A DNA stretch of 62,926 nt, counting the filler, from Octopus bimaculoides (taxonomy: Eukaryota), in the NCBI RefSeq assembly GCF_001194135.2. It is 5 parts of 4 records of this genome, joined end to end, with 100 filler letters (N's around TTAATTAATTAA, not from the genome) between each part and the next. Parts side by side here need not be neighbours in the genome. Positions count along the whole stretch, not along the records: positions 7,832 to 35,318 come from NW_026345656.1; positions 35,419 to 43,107 come from NC_068990.1; 3 more parts are not named here. One strand, written 5' to 3'. The stretch's first letter is position 1. Every line of letters starts with the position of its first letter. Below the pieces are notes generated by a model, which saw only the letters and a program-made list of their open reading frames with translations, ran no database searches and was not told the DNA's origin. Both the position numbers and the translations under genes were made by a program. Shown here in pieces: positions 26,435 to 40,999 of this stretch.

Positions 26435-26640
26435 ATATAATACACCAAACGTATAGACTCACATATGTATACACATGTATGTATATGTACATATATATGC
26501 ATATATAATACGCCAAACGTACGGACTCACATGTATACACATGTATGTATGTCTACATATATATGCATATATAATACGCCAAACGTACAGGCTCACATGT
26601 ATACACATGTATGGCAACGTACATATATATGCATATATAT
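26435..26640 (+). repeat. 66-68-bp minisatellite, 3 copies
   Basis: CCAAACGTA recurs at 26445, 26513 and 26579. Confidence 0.85.
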
Positions 26641-26744
26641 AGATATGTATACAGTATATATATATACACATACATGTGAAAATGTATATATATATATTGA
26701 AATACATTTATAAATATATATATATATATATAAACATGTACATA

Positions 26745-26787
<43 letters not shown>

Positions 26788-26890
26788 TGATGTGTGTTGT
26801 CAGATGACTTTACATGCATGTATACACACAGACTAAATACAACTGTACGTATGCGTATATGTATGTGTGTTTAGAAGCATATGTATATAG

Positions 26891-26942
<52 letters not shown>

Positions 26943-27029
26943 ATAGACAAGAAAACGGTTTAGTTTCAAGAAAATTATGGCGGCGACGACGGCGCCGGCG
27001 TCGTTGGTGATCGGACCATAAAACGACCC

Positions 27030-27063
<34 letters not shown>

Positions 27064-27181
27064 GCAATACTAATTATTTTAATGATGATGATAATAATTA
27101 CGAACGAACGATTGTGATGGTTATGATGACGAAGATAATGACAGTCATAAAGACAATCTTTATTGGCCGCAAAACAACAAC

Positions 27182-27236
<55 letters not shown>

Positions 27237-27259
27237 GTGGTGATTGTAGTAGTAATGGT

Positions 27260-27300
<41 letters not shown>

Positions 27301-27361
27301 TAATAATAATAGTGGTGATTGTAGTAGTAATGGTGTTAATAATAATAATAATAATAATAAC

Positions 27362-27395
<34 letters not shown>

Positions 27396-27477
27396 NNNNN
27401 NNNNNNNNNNNNNNNNNNNNNNNNNNNNNNNNNNNNNNNNNNNNNNNNNNNNNNNNNNNNNNNCGCAAAACAACAAC

Positions 27478-27532
<55 letters not shown>

Positions 27533-27555
27533 GTGGTGATTGTAGTAGTAATGGT

Positions 27556-27596
<41 letters not shown>

Positions 27597-27657
27597 TAAT
27601 AATAATAGTGGTGATTGTAGTAGTAATGGTGTTAATAATAATAATAATAATAATAAC

Positions 27658-27691
<34 letters not shown>

Positions 27692-28456
27692 GTGTCGCTG
27701 TTAGCTCAATACGGAAAGTGCCAGCTACCACAACAACTCTTGCGACACACTTTGAAACACTCTCGTAATACGCACTGGCATTCATACCATACTCAACCAC
27801 CTATAACACACTCCCATACCACAGTTTCTACAACTCACAGACCACATTACACATCAACGATTTATTAGCCCCCGTAGCTGCGTCCGAAGAGGAAAAATCT
27901 TAAACAAAAGCGATGTGTTTTTTTTTTTTTCCTTGTCGTTTTATTATTATTATTATTGTTTTTTTTTGTGTATTTGTACTTTTGTCTTGAGGAAATATAT
28001 CGATAAAATAAAACTGTGTTGTTTTGGGATACGTTTTTTTTTGTTTGTTTTGTTTTCGCTTGATTATTTTTTTAGCTATTTTTTATTTATTTTATATTTT
28101 TGTTCGAAAAAAATTTGTCAAGGCTAAAACGAACACACATTCGCCATTTTGGATAAAATGCTAGAATAAAAATAAAATAGAATAAAACACAGCATTGCGT
28201 GATTCTGTACACTTTCTGGTTTCTGATCGATTGTGTATATATTTGTCTGTCTGGGCTTGTCCCTCGGTGTTTGCAAATGTAGATATATACACATGAATAT
28301 ATATATACTCATGTTTGTGAATATACATACATACGAACGTGAGACAGACAGACATTTACATATATGTGCGTGTTTGTGTATATATGTATAAGCATTACGT
28401 ATACATATGTATGTATATATGTACACGTACATAAATGCACATTGTGTGTGCATGTG

Positions 28457-28513
<57 letters not shown>

Positions 28514-28647
28514 AGAGAGAGTGATATAGATATATGCATTGTTTGTGTGTATATATATATATGTATGTGTGTGTGTGTGTGTGTGTGTGTATTGCAGGTG
28601 TCTGTCTCTCTATAAATATACATATATATTGATACACGCAGACGTGC

Positions 28648-28697
<50 letters not shown>

Positions 28698-29006
28698 CTG
28701 TCTGCGGGATTGCATGTATGTACTATGTATATATGGATGGCTGACTGGCTGTAAATCAGTATGACTAAGGGTGTTGGTTTTTCGTCTGAAATTTTTGTTC
28801 AAATGAGATNNNNNNNNNNNNNNNNNNNNNNNNNNNNNNNNNNNNNNNNNNNNNNNNNNNNNNNNNNNNNNNNNNNNNNNNNNNNNNNNNNNNNNNNNNN
28901 NNNNNNNNNNNNNNNNNNNNNNNNNNNNNNNNNNNNNNNNNNNNNNNNNNNNNNNNNNNNNNNNNNNNNNNNNNNNNNNNNNNNNNNNNNNNNNNNNNNN
29001 NNNNNN

Positions 29007-29048
<42 letters not shown>

Positions 29049-29182
29049 GCACGTGTATGTGTGTGTGTGTTTGTGTGGTTGTAAGCATACATGTATATTT
29101 ACAGACCTGAAAGCATATTCACATAGATATACACACGCATTGACATATATATATAATATATATATATACACTCATACACATT

Positions 29183-29244
<62 letters not shown>

Positions 29245-32225
29245 AATATGTGTGTACATATATATGTGAATATGTGCGTATATATATGTGTGTGTGAATG
29301 TGTATATATATGTGTGTGAATTTATATATATATATGTCAATATGTATATATCTACATTTGAACGTGTTTCTCTCTCTCTATATATGTGTGTGTGTGTGTG
29401 TGTATGTATATACATATGTCAATGTGTACAACCACAAATATATTTATATGTGTTTGTGTCTATGTACATTTACGTTCGCCTCTTTCTTTGATTATTTTCC
29501 CGGCATGTTTACGTATATGGTTTTCTTCTTCTTGTGTTCCTTTTAATCTCTTCCATTTATTCATTCATTAATTTCTTTCATTCTTATTCATTCTTTCCCA
29601 CAGTCATTATTTTCTTCATTGATGTTTTATTTCATCCATTTTATTTCCTTCCTTTTTTTTTTATTCTACAATTTTTTTTTCCCTTTTCTCAATTTCTCCT
29701 CCATTTTTTGTTTTTAATCCGCGGTTAAATTTTTATGGTGATCCCGCTTCAAACCTCTCTACGACCGCTTTGACTATTAAATCGGCCATTGAAGGATCTT
29801 CATGTCTGAATAGCGAACGGTAAGGTCGGGCGGTTGATCGCACGATCAGCGTAAATTTTCTCTGACTTTCGTTCTTGTCTCTCCCTCTCTTCCCCCTCAC
29901 CTCTATCTCGCTATCTCCCTCTCTATTTATCAGTCTTTCTTTATCTCTCGCTTTTTCTCTGCCCACCTCTGTCTCTTTTTGTTTGCTTCTGTTCTTTTGT
30001 TTAAATTTGTTTGTTTGTGNNNNNNNNNNNNNNNNNNNNNNNNNNNNNNNNNNNNNNNNNNNNNNNNNNNNNNNNNNNNNNNNNNNNNNNNNNNNNNNNN
30101 NNNNNNNNNNNNNNNNNNNNNNNNNNNNNNNNNNNNNNNNNNNNNNNNNNNNNNNNNNNNNNNNNNNNNNNNNNNNNNNNNNNNNNNNNNNNNNNNNNNN
30201 NNNNNNNNNNNNNNNNNNNNNNNNNNNNNNNNNNNNNNNNNNNNNNNNNNNNNNNNNNNNNNNNNNNNCTCTGTCTCTTTTTGTTTGCTTCTGTTCTTTT
30301 GTTTAAATTTGTTTGTTTGTGCATGTCTCCCTGCACTCATGTGTCTCTCAAGCGCATGGCTCCGAGATCAGTCCCACTGTTTGGCATTTTCGGCCCCGAC
30401 CCGACTAAATCGCGGTGAGCAGACCAACCGAGCGGAAACTGAAAGAGCCTGACATGTCTGGTTGAAAATGCACCTCAACTAGTTTGATTTATATGTAGTA
30501 AAGAAATGTATTTTAGAAAATTACGAGTTTTTGAAATTTACGTAGATCGCTAATTGCAAGCTGATTTCTCCAGAAAGCTGTTCAGTTCAAAGGATCAGCT
30601 GGGACACTCGTCGTCGCAACCGACGAAGAGCCAGTTAAACATACAAAACGCAGACTCGCATATAAACATCACACTGAAGCATGAACACACGACATACTGT
30701 TAACATTATACACACGCATATCTACACATATCTACACATGCGCATACACAAGAGCGCCCTCTGCGCTTTTGTTCTAAGCTGTCAAAGTCTTGACTATTCA
30801 ATTTCCTTCACAAAAACTTGTCTGAATTCCTTCACAAATAGATTCATTCAAGACTCATTCCTCGCTTCAATTTTCCGTTCCCACAATGCCTCGCGCTACA
30901 ATATCCGCTTCTTTCAGCTGCCATTGTTGGTTTTTCGTTGTTGTTGTTGTTGTTGTCGTTGTTATGGATTGTTGATGTCGTTTCTGTTGTTGATGTCGTT
31001 TCTGTTGTTGATGGCGGTGTTGGCGGTGTTGTTGCTGTTCTTCTTGGTTGTGTTGTGTTGGTGGCGCTGGTGTTGTCGGTGGTGGTAGTGGTGGTAGTGG
31101 TGGGGTTGATAATGATGATGATGCTGGTAGTGTTGGCGGTGGTAGTTGTGGTGGTGGTAGTTGTGGTGTTGTGGCGCTGGNNNNNNNNNNNNNNNNNNNN
31201 NNNNNNNNNNNNNNNNNNNNNNNNNNNNNNNNNNNNNNNNNNNNNNNNNNNNNNNNNNNNNNNNNNNNNNNNNNNNNNNNNNNNNNNNNNNNNNNNNNNN
31301 NNNNNNNNNNNNNNNNNNNNNNNNNNNNNNNGTCGCGGTCTAGGTGGTGATTGCATGTGTGGTAGTAGTGGTGGTAGTTGCGATGGTGGTGGTGTTGCTG
31401 ATGACTCAGGCGTTGGTGTTGTTGTTTTTGGTAGTGGCGGTGGCGGCGTTGTTATGATTGCTGATGTTGTTGTCGTAGACGGTGGTGATGTTTGTGGTGG
31501 TGGTGGTGGTGGTGGTGGGCTCAATAACGATGAGGCTGATGGAGGTGGTGATGGTGGTGGCAGTGGTGATGGTGGTGGTGTGATAGTCATGATGGTGGTG
31601 GTTGTCGTGGTGGAGGAGGTGAACGGGATGGTGGAGGCCTCAGTGGTGGTGGTCACGGTGATGATAGCGGCCTTAGGGGGTGATAGTAAAGTCAGTGTTA
31701 AGTGTGGGTACCTATCCCCAGAACATTTTAAAAGCTTAATGCTTATTCTATTATTCTTTTATTACCGAACCGGTAAGTTGCTGGGACGTAAGCACACCAA
31801 CACCGGTTTTCAGACAGACAGTCGCACAAAAACACAGATATACATAAAAACACACACACACACACACACGCGCTGAAACGCAAACAAGAGCTTGCAACAA
31901 TTTCATCTTTCGCTAATACATACACACACACATCTCACACACACACATCTCACACACACACACGCACATGCATATAAAAGCAAGTACAAATGCACATACA
32001 CTGTTCCACAAACAAACATACACAGATACATTGTATCACAAGCAAATACTCGTAACAACTTCATCATATACGGAAGCATAGATACACAACACACATACTA
32101 GCTATTACCCCTTCTCGGGCACACATATACACAAATACACACACACACACACACACGTAGAATCACAAGAAAAAAATTCTCATAACAATTTCTTTATACA
32201 CACATACGCGCAAAGCGAAAAAGTA

Positions 32226-32284
<59 letters not shown>

Positions 32285-33003
32285 GACGCATGTAGAAACA
32301 CGCATATATAAACACATAGACACACAGACATTCAGACACTCGTTCCTCACCCCTCACCTCATCTCCCCAGCCCANNNNNNNNNNNNNNNNNNNNNNNNNN
32401 NNNNNNNNNNNNNNNNNNNNNNNNNNNNNNNNNNNNNNNNNNNNNNNNNNNNNNNNNNNNNNNNNNNNNNNNNNNNNNNNNNNNNNNNNNNNNNNNNNNN
32501 NNNNNNNNNNNNNNNNNNNNNNNNNNNNNNNNNNNNNNNNNNNNNNNNNNNNNNNNNNNNNNNNNNNNNNNNNNNNNNNNNNNNNNNNNNNNNNNNNNNN
32601 NNNNNNNNNNNNNNNNNNNNNNNNNNNNNNNNNNNNNNNNNNNNNNNNNNNNNNNNNNNNNNNNNNNNNNNNNNNNNNNNNNNNNNNNNNNNNNNNNNNN
32701 NNNNNNNNNNNNNNNNNNNNNNNNNNNNNNNNNNNNNNNNNNNNNNNNNNNNNNNNNNNNNNNNNNNNNNNNNNNNNNNNNNNNNNNNNNNNNAAATATG
32801 ATACAAAATAAATATTAAAAAAAAATTCATTTTATTTTGTTGTTTATTTTCTTGTTGTTGTTGACGGTTTTTGTTTTTTACAATTTTGTAATGTTTTTTT
32901 TTCCTGCGTGTTTTTTTTTCTTTGTCATTCGTTTTCAAATTTTAGGGTTGATATCACGTATTTAGACATTCACACAAATACTTCAACACTCGAGCATATA
33001 CAA

Positions 33004-33055
<52 letters not shown>

Positions 33056-33473
33056 TGTGTGTGTGTGTGTGTGTATTTGTGTATATAAGTGACACGTACA
33101 AATCATTATATATTTATATGAATCTGTGTATTTCACGCATGTCACATACACACACATATATGTACGTATGTATGTATGTATGTATGTATTTTTGAATATA
33201 ACGCATGTCACATACATATACACACACTCACAACCAAACACACCAACACACCAACTCACACACACACATCGCTCATATCAAAGATTATATACACATACAG
33301 ACGCACACACACACACACACATGCGTATATATAAAACTTACAACATGCAAACTGATATACATACAAATATGTAAATATATACAACCCGAATCAAACATAC
33401 ATATACACATTCACACATTCGTACACACACACACACATTCGTACATATACAAAAAAAAATTACTAGGGATAAA

Positions 33474-33513
<40 letters not shown>

Positions 33514-33552
33514 TATAAGCAAATGAGTGAGATAGATATATACGTACGTACG

Positions 33553-33593
<41 letters not shown>

Positions 33594-34742
33594 ATATACA
33601 CTCACAAAAATAGATACTAATGTATGTATGTATACATTGAAACGCACACAGACTGATGAGCAGAGCAATATAATNNNNNNNNNNNNNNNNNNNNNNNNNN
33701 NNNNNNNNNNNNNNNNNNNNNNNNNNNNNNNNNNNNNNNNNNNNNNNNNNNNNNNNNNNNNNNNNNNNNNNNNNNNNNNNNNNNNNNNNNNNNNNNNNNN
33801 NNNNNNNNNNNNNNNNNNNNNNNNNNNNNNNNNNNNNNNNNNNNNNNNNNNNNNNNNNNNNNNNNNNNNNNNNNNNNNNNNNNNNNNNNNNNNNNNNNNN
33901 NNNNNNNNNNNNNNNNNNNNNNNNNNNNNNNNNNNNNNNNNNNNNNNNNNNNNNNNNNNNNNNNNNNNNNNNNNNNNNNNNNNNNNNNNNNNNNNNNNNN
34001 NNNNNNNNNNNNNNNNNNNNNNNNNNNNNNNNNNNNNNNNNNNNNNNNNNNNNNNNNNNNNNNNNNNNNNNNNNNNNNNNNNNNNNNNNNNNNNNNNNNN
34101 NNNNNNNNNNNNNNNNNNNNNNNNNNNNNNNNNNNNNNNNNNNNNNNNNNNNNNNNNNNNNNNNNNNNNNNNNNNNNNNNNNNNNNNNNNNNNNNNNNNN
34201 NNNNNNNNNNNNNNNNNNNNNNNNNNNNNNNNNNNNNNNNNNNNNNNNNNNNNNNNNNNNNNNNNNNNNNNNNNNNNNNNNNNNNNNNNNNNNNNNNNNN
34301 NNNNNNNNNNNNNNNNNNNNNNNNNNNNNNNNNNNNNNNNNNNNNNNNNNNNNNNNNNNNNNNNNNNNNNNNNNNNNNNNNNNNNNNNNNNNNNNNNNNN
34401 NNNNNNNNNNNNNNNNNNNNNNNNNNNNNNNNNNNNNNNNNNNNNNNNGGAGGGGGTTTTGTTGGAATAAAATACATGCAAAGGGTTGTGAAGGGGGTAC
34501 GGTGCAAGCAGGCAGTGTGTAGCGGGGTACGCAGTACTATGATGATGATGATGGTGATGGTGGTGATGGTGCCAGTGGTGGTGGTGATGAGTGTCGTTGT
34601 GGCGGTGGTGGTGGTGGTGGTGGTGGTATTGTTGCAGCTGATGGTGATTACGAGGATGATGATGATGGTGATGATGACAAGGAAGATGACGTTAAAGACG
34701 TTGATGGCAAAGAATGATGACGATGATAAAAAACTTCCACTG

Positions 34743-34792
<50 letters not shown>

Positions 34793-35110
34793 ACTAGAAA
34801 GCCATCGGTACCACCAATATCATAACTATTCACAATACCATCGCTTTTACTACTACTATTACTACTACCACCACCACTACTACTGCCACTACCACCACCA
34901 CCACCACCACCACTACTACTATTACTACTACACCACTGTTATTTCGTCATTGCCCCGACGCCGCCACCGCCAATACGAACAACAAAATGACAATACTCGC
35001 ATATAAACTTCTACACACATACACACACAAACACATATATACATCAGTTACACACATACATATATACACACAAACACACACACACTCCTACGTCGGTTAT
35101 TTACATTGAG

Positions 35111-35156
<46 letters not shown>

Positions 35157-35478
35157 GCAGGCGCATATAGACATGTGCACCTGTACACATGCACATGTCA
35201 AGCTATCACGGTTTTGCATGCAGTGTTGGATGGCGTGCAGGTTCGAATTTACTGGCGGATAGGTAGCAGATAGTGCGGGCGAGTTTAGCATGTGGGAGAT
35301 AGGGGCATGGGGGAGAGANNNNNNNNNNNNNNNNNNNNNNNNNNNNNNNNNNNNNNNNNNNNTTAATTAATTAANNNNNNNNNNNNNNNNNNNNNNNNNN
35401 NNNNNNNNNNNNNNNNNNAAGCTCTACAGTTGTATTTGTCCCCTCGGTGTGCAGCCCTGTGTGGCTAATAAAATAAAG

Positions 35479-35519
<41 letters not shown>

Positions 35520-35548
35520 AATCTATCCATCTATCTATCAATCTATCC

Positions 35549-35611
<63 letters not shown>

Positions 35612-35665
35612 AACATTCCTCCTCCCTCTCTCTATCTTTCGTATGTATGTATGTATTTATGCAGT

Positions 35666-35985
35666 GAAGGCGTGTGGCTTAGTGGTTAGGGCATTCGGCT
35701 CACGATGGTAAAGGTCGTGAGTTCGATTCCTGGCGATGCGTTGTGTCCTTGAGCAAGACACTTTATTTCACGTTGCTCCAGTTCACTTAGCTGGAAAAAA
35801 CGAGTAGTACCTGTAATTCAAAGGGCCGGTCTTGTCACTCTATCACGCTGAATCTCCCTGAGAACTACGTTAAGGGTACACGTGTCTGTGGAGTGCTCAG
35901 CCATTTGCACGTTAATTTAACGAGCAAGCTGTTCCGTTGATCGTATCTGCTGGGACCCTCGTCGTCGTAACCGATGGAGTGCTTC
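35666..35985 (+). mobile_element. tRNA-derived SINE family C (degraded copy at ~37300-37500)
   Basis: GGCGTGTGGCTTAGTGGTTAGG (A box), GAGTTCGATTCC (B box) and core TGTGTCCTTGAGCAAGACACTT. Confidence 0.8.
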
Positions 35986-36209
35986 TCTTAAATGTATTTA
36001 TTCGTGTATTCATGCATATATATTACAGTTCTCATATTCGGTTGAAATGTCTTACGTTTAAGCTGGTTCCCATGCATTTCCCCGAAGAGAAGATTACATT
36101 CTTAACCTCACCGATTCCTATGGAAGATATAATTTGTAATCTTCAAAATATATGTTGGAAATAAAAGTATGCAGTTAACATATGAGTTTTACCCCATTCA
36201 CTAAATTTG

Positions 36210-36241
<32 letters not shown>

Positions 36242-36745
36242 NNNNNNNNNNNNNNNNNNNNNNNNNNNNNNNNNNNNNNNNNNNNNNNNNNNNNNNNNNN
36301 NNNNNNNNNNNNNNNNNNNNNNNNNNNNNNNNNNNNNNNNNNNNNNNNNNNNNNNNNNNNNNNNNNNNNNNNNNNNNNNNNNNNNNNNNNNNNNNNNNNN
36401 NNNNNNNNNNNNNNNNNNNNNNNNNNNNNNNNNNNNNNNNNNNNNNNNNNNNNNNNNNNNNNNNNNNNNNNNNNNNNNNNNNNNNNNNNNNNNNNNNNNN
36501 NNNNNNNNNNNNNNNNNNNNNNNNNNNNNNNNNNNNNNNNNNNNNNNNNNNNNNNNNNNNNNNNNNNNNNNNNNNNNNNNNNNNNNNNNNNNNNNNNNNN
36601 NNNNNNNNNNNNNNNNNNNNNNNNNNNNNNNNNNNNNNNNNNNNTATATATATATATATATGTATGTAATTAGTTGTCTGTCTGTCTGTCTCTCTATCCA
36701 TTTATCTATCTATCTATCTATCTATCTATTTATCCATCTATCTGT

Positions 36746-36793
<48 letters not shown>

Positions 36794-37499
36794 TGTTTCC
36801 TTCATTTCTTGTCTCTCTCTTTCCCTCTACTTCGTTCTTTTCTCCTCCTCTCTATCTCTTTTCTCTTCCTCCTCCCTCTCTGTTTATATATTTAAATATA
36901 TATAATATATTACCCGCTTCTTTTTCATATTCAGAAGTATTTTCGTCGGTACTGCAGTAAAACTCTAAGTGAATCACGTTTAGGCAAAGATGTATGGTAA
37001 AGAAATTCGCTTTGAAACTCAAAGGTTTCCATTTCGATCCCACTGTCCGGCAACTATTATGGCTTAGGCATATACTGTAAAGTAAATATGGATAGGGGAA
37101 ACTTCGTGGTAAGCCCCATAATTATAGATGATGATAAATAGATAGTTACATACATACATACATATTTACACATGATGTGTGTGTGTGTGTGTATGTGTGC
37201 GCGTGTGTGCATCTGTGTGTGCGTGTACGTGTGTGTCTGTGTGTGCGTGTGCGTATGTGTGTGTGTATATACACACACACACACACACACACACATCTAT
37301 CGGGAAGGCGTGGGTTTTAGTGGTTAGGGTATTCGATCACGATCGGCGCCGTGTGTTATTGAAGACACTTTATTTCACGTTAACCTTGTCCACTGAAGCA
37401 CTTGTAATTCATAAGGGCCGGCCTTGTCACATTGTCTGTCATGCTGAAAGGTATGCTTCTTTGTGGAGTCCTCAGTCACTTGCACACTAACTTCACGTG

Positions 37500-38011
37500 G
37501 AGGCGGGTTTTTTTTATACTTCTTGTATTTTCAGAATTAAGAGAAATAAAGTTGTTTTTTAATCTAAAATATACTCACCTTCATTTTTCTACAATGCTCT
37601 TCCATCTATCTGGTAGACTTACCAGGCCCCTCTTTCAAAATTCACTTGTCTGTGACGAAAAATACTCCTCCAGTAATGTTCTCACCTCGTTTACAGCATT
37701 CATATTTTTCCATCCAAATGATTTTGAAGACTGAGGAATAAATGATAATCAGATGGGGCAATGTCCAGTGAATATGGTGGATGGGGCTTGGTTTCCCATT
37801 CAAACTGCTCCAGCCTTTGGAATGTCATCCTCGCTGTATATGGCTGAGCATTATCCTGATGGAAGAGCACCTTTCGTCTTGAAACCAAAGATGGTCGTTT
37901 TTCTTCTAGCGCTGACTTGAATGACTGGTTGAATGACCAAAATCCAAGCTTCTCTGCTAGTTTCTCAACAGTTACGATGAGATTTTGTTCCACCAGGGTT
38001 TGTAAGACGCT
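37500..38011 (-). mobile_element. Mariner transposon, internally deleted, running into a gap
   Basis: TVEKLAEKLGF fused to KSALEEKRPSLVSRRKVLFHQDNA..HPPYSLDIAPSDYHLFLSLQNHLDGK, followed by C-terminal GLVSLPDRWKSIVENEGEYILD*. Confidence 0.92.
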
Positions 38012-38487
38012 NNNNNNNNNNNNNNNNNNNNNNNNNNNNNNNNNNNNNNNNNNNNNNNNNNNNNNNNNNNNNNNNNNNNNNNNNNNNNNNNNNNNNNNNN
38101 NNNNNNNNNNNNNNNNNNNNNNNNNNNNNNNNNNNNNNNNNNNNNNNNNNNNNNNNNNNNNNNNNNNNNNNNNNNNNNNNNNNNNNNNNNNNNNNNNNNN
38201 NNNNNNNNNNNNNNNNNNNNNNNNNNNNNNNNNNNNNNNNNNNNNNNNNNNNNNNNNNNNNNNNNNNNNNNNNNNNNNNNNNNNNNNNNNNNNNNNNNNN
38301 NNNNNNNNNNNNNNNNNNNNNNNNNNNNNNNNNNNNNNNNNNNNNNNNNNNNNNNNNNNNNNNNNNNNNNNNNNNNNNNNNNNNNNNNNNNNNNNNNNNN
38401 NNNNNNNNNNNNNNNNNNNNNNNNNNNNNNNNNNNNNNNNNNNNNNNNNNNNNNNNNNNNNNNNNNNNNNNNNNNNNNNNNNNNNNN

Positions 38488-38980
38488 CGATTCTGCCAAC
38501 TCATCACCTTAAAGATTTTAAATAATCTTTTTTTTTTTTAATTAAACACAAGGCCTGAAATTCTTGGAGAAGGAGTTAATCGATTACATCGACCCCAATG
38601 CGTAACTGGTACTTAATTTATCGACCCCGAAAGGATGAAAGGCAAAGTCGACCTTGGCGGAATTTGAACTCAGAACGTAACGGTAGACGAAATACCGCTA
38701 AGCATTTCGCCTGGCGTGCTAACGATTCTGCCAACTCATCACCTTAAAGATTTTAAATAATCTTTTTTTTTTTTAATTAAACACAAGGCCTGAAATTCTT
38801 GGAGAAGGAGTTAATCGATTACATCGACCCCCGCCCAGCGCTCAACTGATACTTATTTTATCGATACCGAAAAGATAAAAGGCAAAGTCGATCTCGGCGT
38901 AATTTGAACTAAGAGCGTAAAGGTGTGCAAAATGCCGCCAAGCACTTTGTCCAGCATGCTAACCAGTTTGCCAGCGCGCC
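38488..38980 (-). mobile_element. Tandem SINE family B copies with duplicated flank
   Basis: A ~108-bp block at 38489-38596 is repeated at 38724-38832. A second, more diverged SINE lies at 38833-38980. Confidence 0.8.
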
Positions 38981-40999
38981 GCTTTATAAATTTTAAATTA
39001 TGTCACCACTAATTCACTGAGATAAGAAAACTAAAAAGTTTGAAAAGGTTGGAGGGTCAAGGCTAGAGAGCCGTTGATTGTAGGTCTGATTGTTCAGATC
39101 TGATTTGGAAGCTAAACTACGACATGCTCATAAACATACACTTTTATCCTATTTCTCTTTTAATCATCGCCTTTGAAATTTACGTAAATGAATTTATTAT
39201 ATAATATCATGAAATCTAGTTGACGGCCTATCTTTAAAAATTATAATAATTACATTAACTCTTCTCGTACCGCCAATTAATTTAACAAATTAATGACATC
39301 ATATATACTTAATTGCGCAGATATGTCACATACATTGCATGCTAATAACTGTAATTAAATTTTATTAAAATAATGTTTGGCATAGGCATAATAACACATA
39401 AAGTATATAGAAGTATGGTGGTGTCGATGGCATTGATATTAATATATTTCTTGCGCTTCGTTTGTATTTGAATCATAATCATTTCTATCTTCTTGTTTTA
39501 TATTCTTTTATATTTTTCAGTCATTGGGACTGTGGCCATGCTGGGGTACCACCTCGAAGAGTATTTAGTCGTACAAATGGAACCCAGGATTTATTTTTCT
39601 TTTTAAAGACTGGTACTTAATCTTCTGTTTTCCTTTCCTCTCTCATACCAAGAATTTCTGAAGACAGTTCACATTTTCAGAAAGTATAGTCTACCTTATA
39701 TATAGACTATACTTTTCTGAGCTAGACTTGATCCATCGCCTGATCCTAACTTCACCTAATCAATAGATAATTTTAGTAGTGTTCATTTTGATACAAATAT
39801 TTCTGAAATAGACTTGACCCACCGTCTTGTTTTAACATCACCACCTAGTTTTTGACTTACTTTCAGCTGGGTTCATTCTGATGCAAGTATTTCTCTGGTG
39901 GACGTAACTCATCGCATGGTTTTAATACCACTTCATGGTCTTTAAGATACCTTTAGAAGAGTTAATTATTATTCTCGAATATTCAAATAGTCGTGTATCT
40001 AATCGGAATATAACCAATTCAACACGAATTTTCCTTCTCGTTGTTCCCAACAATGCTGCAGGCTATGCAAAAGTCATGTGCGACGAATCCATACAATAAA
40101 TAATACGTCACCACCTTTTCAATTAGCTATAATAAACACCTAAACAGGTATTTAAGTTATCATTTTATAGAGATGGAGTTCAGAGTCACAGAGAATCTTT
40201 TCTTTTTTCCTCTCCCACTGCGGGCGATGCACTTTATTGTGTATTGTTTCAAATCACACATATTTCCAAAATAGGTCAAATAGGTTGATCACATATAGCA
40301 CAAGTTCATGATATTAATTAATTATTAATAGCCGTGGGAATGGCATGAACGTCACACTCCAATTACTCCATTGATTCCCTAAAATCAATAATTGTCACTC
40401 TTTAGGTACAGCAATGGATTCAGTTGCTCTAATGCGTGAAATGAATAAATATTTATCCATTACTGTAAGTTGATATTTTCATAATGGTAGTCGGCATCGC
40501 TTTCTTTTGACACGGTATTGATGACTAGCAATACAATCTAACGAGCAAACACCAGGTATATAACCCCATTTTGTTGTTATAAACCACGAAAGCATTAATA
40601 GTATAGTCGACTGGTAGGATTTGAACTCGGAAAGCAGTGTAAGGAAAGGAGAGATTGGATGAGGTAGAGTATATAACGTTACTATTTCCGCCAATGCGCT
40701 GGCACTGTTTTGTATTTGTGTCTAAGATGAATAAGTTGAAAATATTCCAGTCCACCTAAGTGTAAAATAAGCATCTTATAAAGCAAAACTTACTTCTACA
40801 ATAAAAGGGAACTCCATATAATTTAATCAATGCTTCTTTGGGTCGCAGTACTGAGCGGTCCTTACTATCACTGTCAAATATTTATTTATATTACATGCTC
40901 TCGGCTGAAATAAATCATTTGAGGTTTAAATAACATTACTTTTTTATTCTTTTATCTCTGTCAGATCTGATAGATCTTCATTTACCCAAACATTGGTGT

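Noticed and set aside
27114-27690. Near-identical ~220-bp blocks on either side of the gap at 27396-27463 (similarly around 30020-30268 and 38488)
   Set aside because: Most likely unmerged contig overlaps at gap edges rather than true duplications.
27755-27795. Minus-strand SAYYESVSK resembling paired-domain YYET/VSK
   Set aside because: The motifs are in the wrong order with no further similarity; a chance match.
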